Source: Nitratidesulfovibrio vulgaris str. Hildenborough (GTDB lineage: Bacteria; Desulfobacterota; Desulfovibrionia; Desulfovibrionales; Desulfovibrionaceae). Taken from it: a stretch of 32,000 nt of DNA. The stretch spans positions 1,770,001 through 1,802,000 of the forward strand of contig NC_002937.3 of assembly GCF_000195755.1 (NCBI RefSeq), written 5' to 3'. Shown here one piece after another: positions 31,956 through 32,000 of the stretch. Made by a program: the position numbers and the translations under genes. The notes below the pieces were generated by a model. It was given only the letters and a program-made list of their open reading frames with translations. It did no database searches and was not told the origin of the DNA. Within the stretch, counting starts at the first letter, position 1. Every line of letters starts with the position of its first letter.

Positions 31956-32000
31956 GGCGAAGGCCTTCACCTTGACGGCGCACAGCCCATCTATATAGAA

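Noticed and set aside
1-32000. CRISPR arrays, rRNA genes, integrase or recombinase genes
   Set aside because: No regularly spaced repeat array was seen. No rRNA-like conserved stretches were seen. No ORF carries tyrosine or serine recombinase motifs.

Overview
This is a high-GC (roughly two-thirds GC by eye) bacterial chromosome segment. From left to right it holds five blocks.

(1) The 5' part of gluQ on the minus strand, which runs off the left edge and is missing from the ORF track, followed by a tRNA-Arg(CCT).

(2) The distal end of a podovirus-like prophage, on the minus strand: a TraR/DksA zinc-finger protein, two small phage proteins and a T7-type tail fibre.

(3) A roughly 13 kb lower-GC, partly very AT-rich island (about 3.6-16.7 kb) sitting inside the prophage structural module.
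- It carries a two-gene cassette on the plus strand: a beta-CASP metallo-beta-lactamase nuclease plus an unrecognised protein with a PD-(D/E)xK-like core.
- It also carries a long composite type I restriction-modification operon on the minus strand. The gene order is half-size hsdS, hsdM, rhuM-like, a small fragment, full hsdS, DUF2188, hsdR, then an M48/DUF45 peptidase.
- A degraded IS3-family orfA remnant lies at its right edge.

(4) The rest of the prophage, on the minus strand, reading from high to low coordinates:
- a lysis cassette
- terS and terL
- a GNAT-like protein
- a small membrane protein
- portal, scaffold and major capsid
- two small structural proteins
- tail tubular A and B
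- two internal virion proteins

(5) A higBA toxin-antitoxin pair on the plus strand and an AT-rich non-coding tail.

Three prophage genes show single-nucleotide frame breaks, and the expected large ejection-protein gene is missing where the island sits, so the prophage looks cryptic. I found no CRISPR array, rRNA or integrase.

The best candidate for an undescribed system is the beta-CASP + PD-(D/E)xK pair at 4325-6639. The accessory-gene-laden type I R-M operon is second.

All family calls come from motif recognition by eye. No searches were run. Most long plus-strand ORFs between 16.7 and 31 kb are antisense artefacts of high GC.
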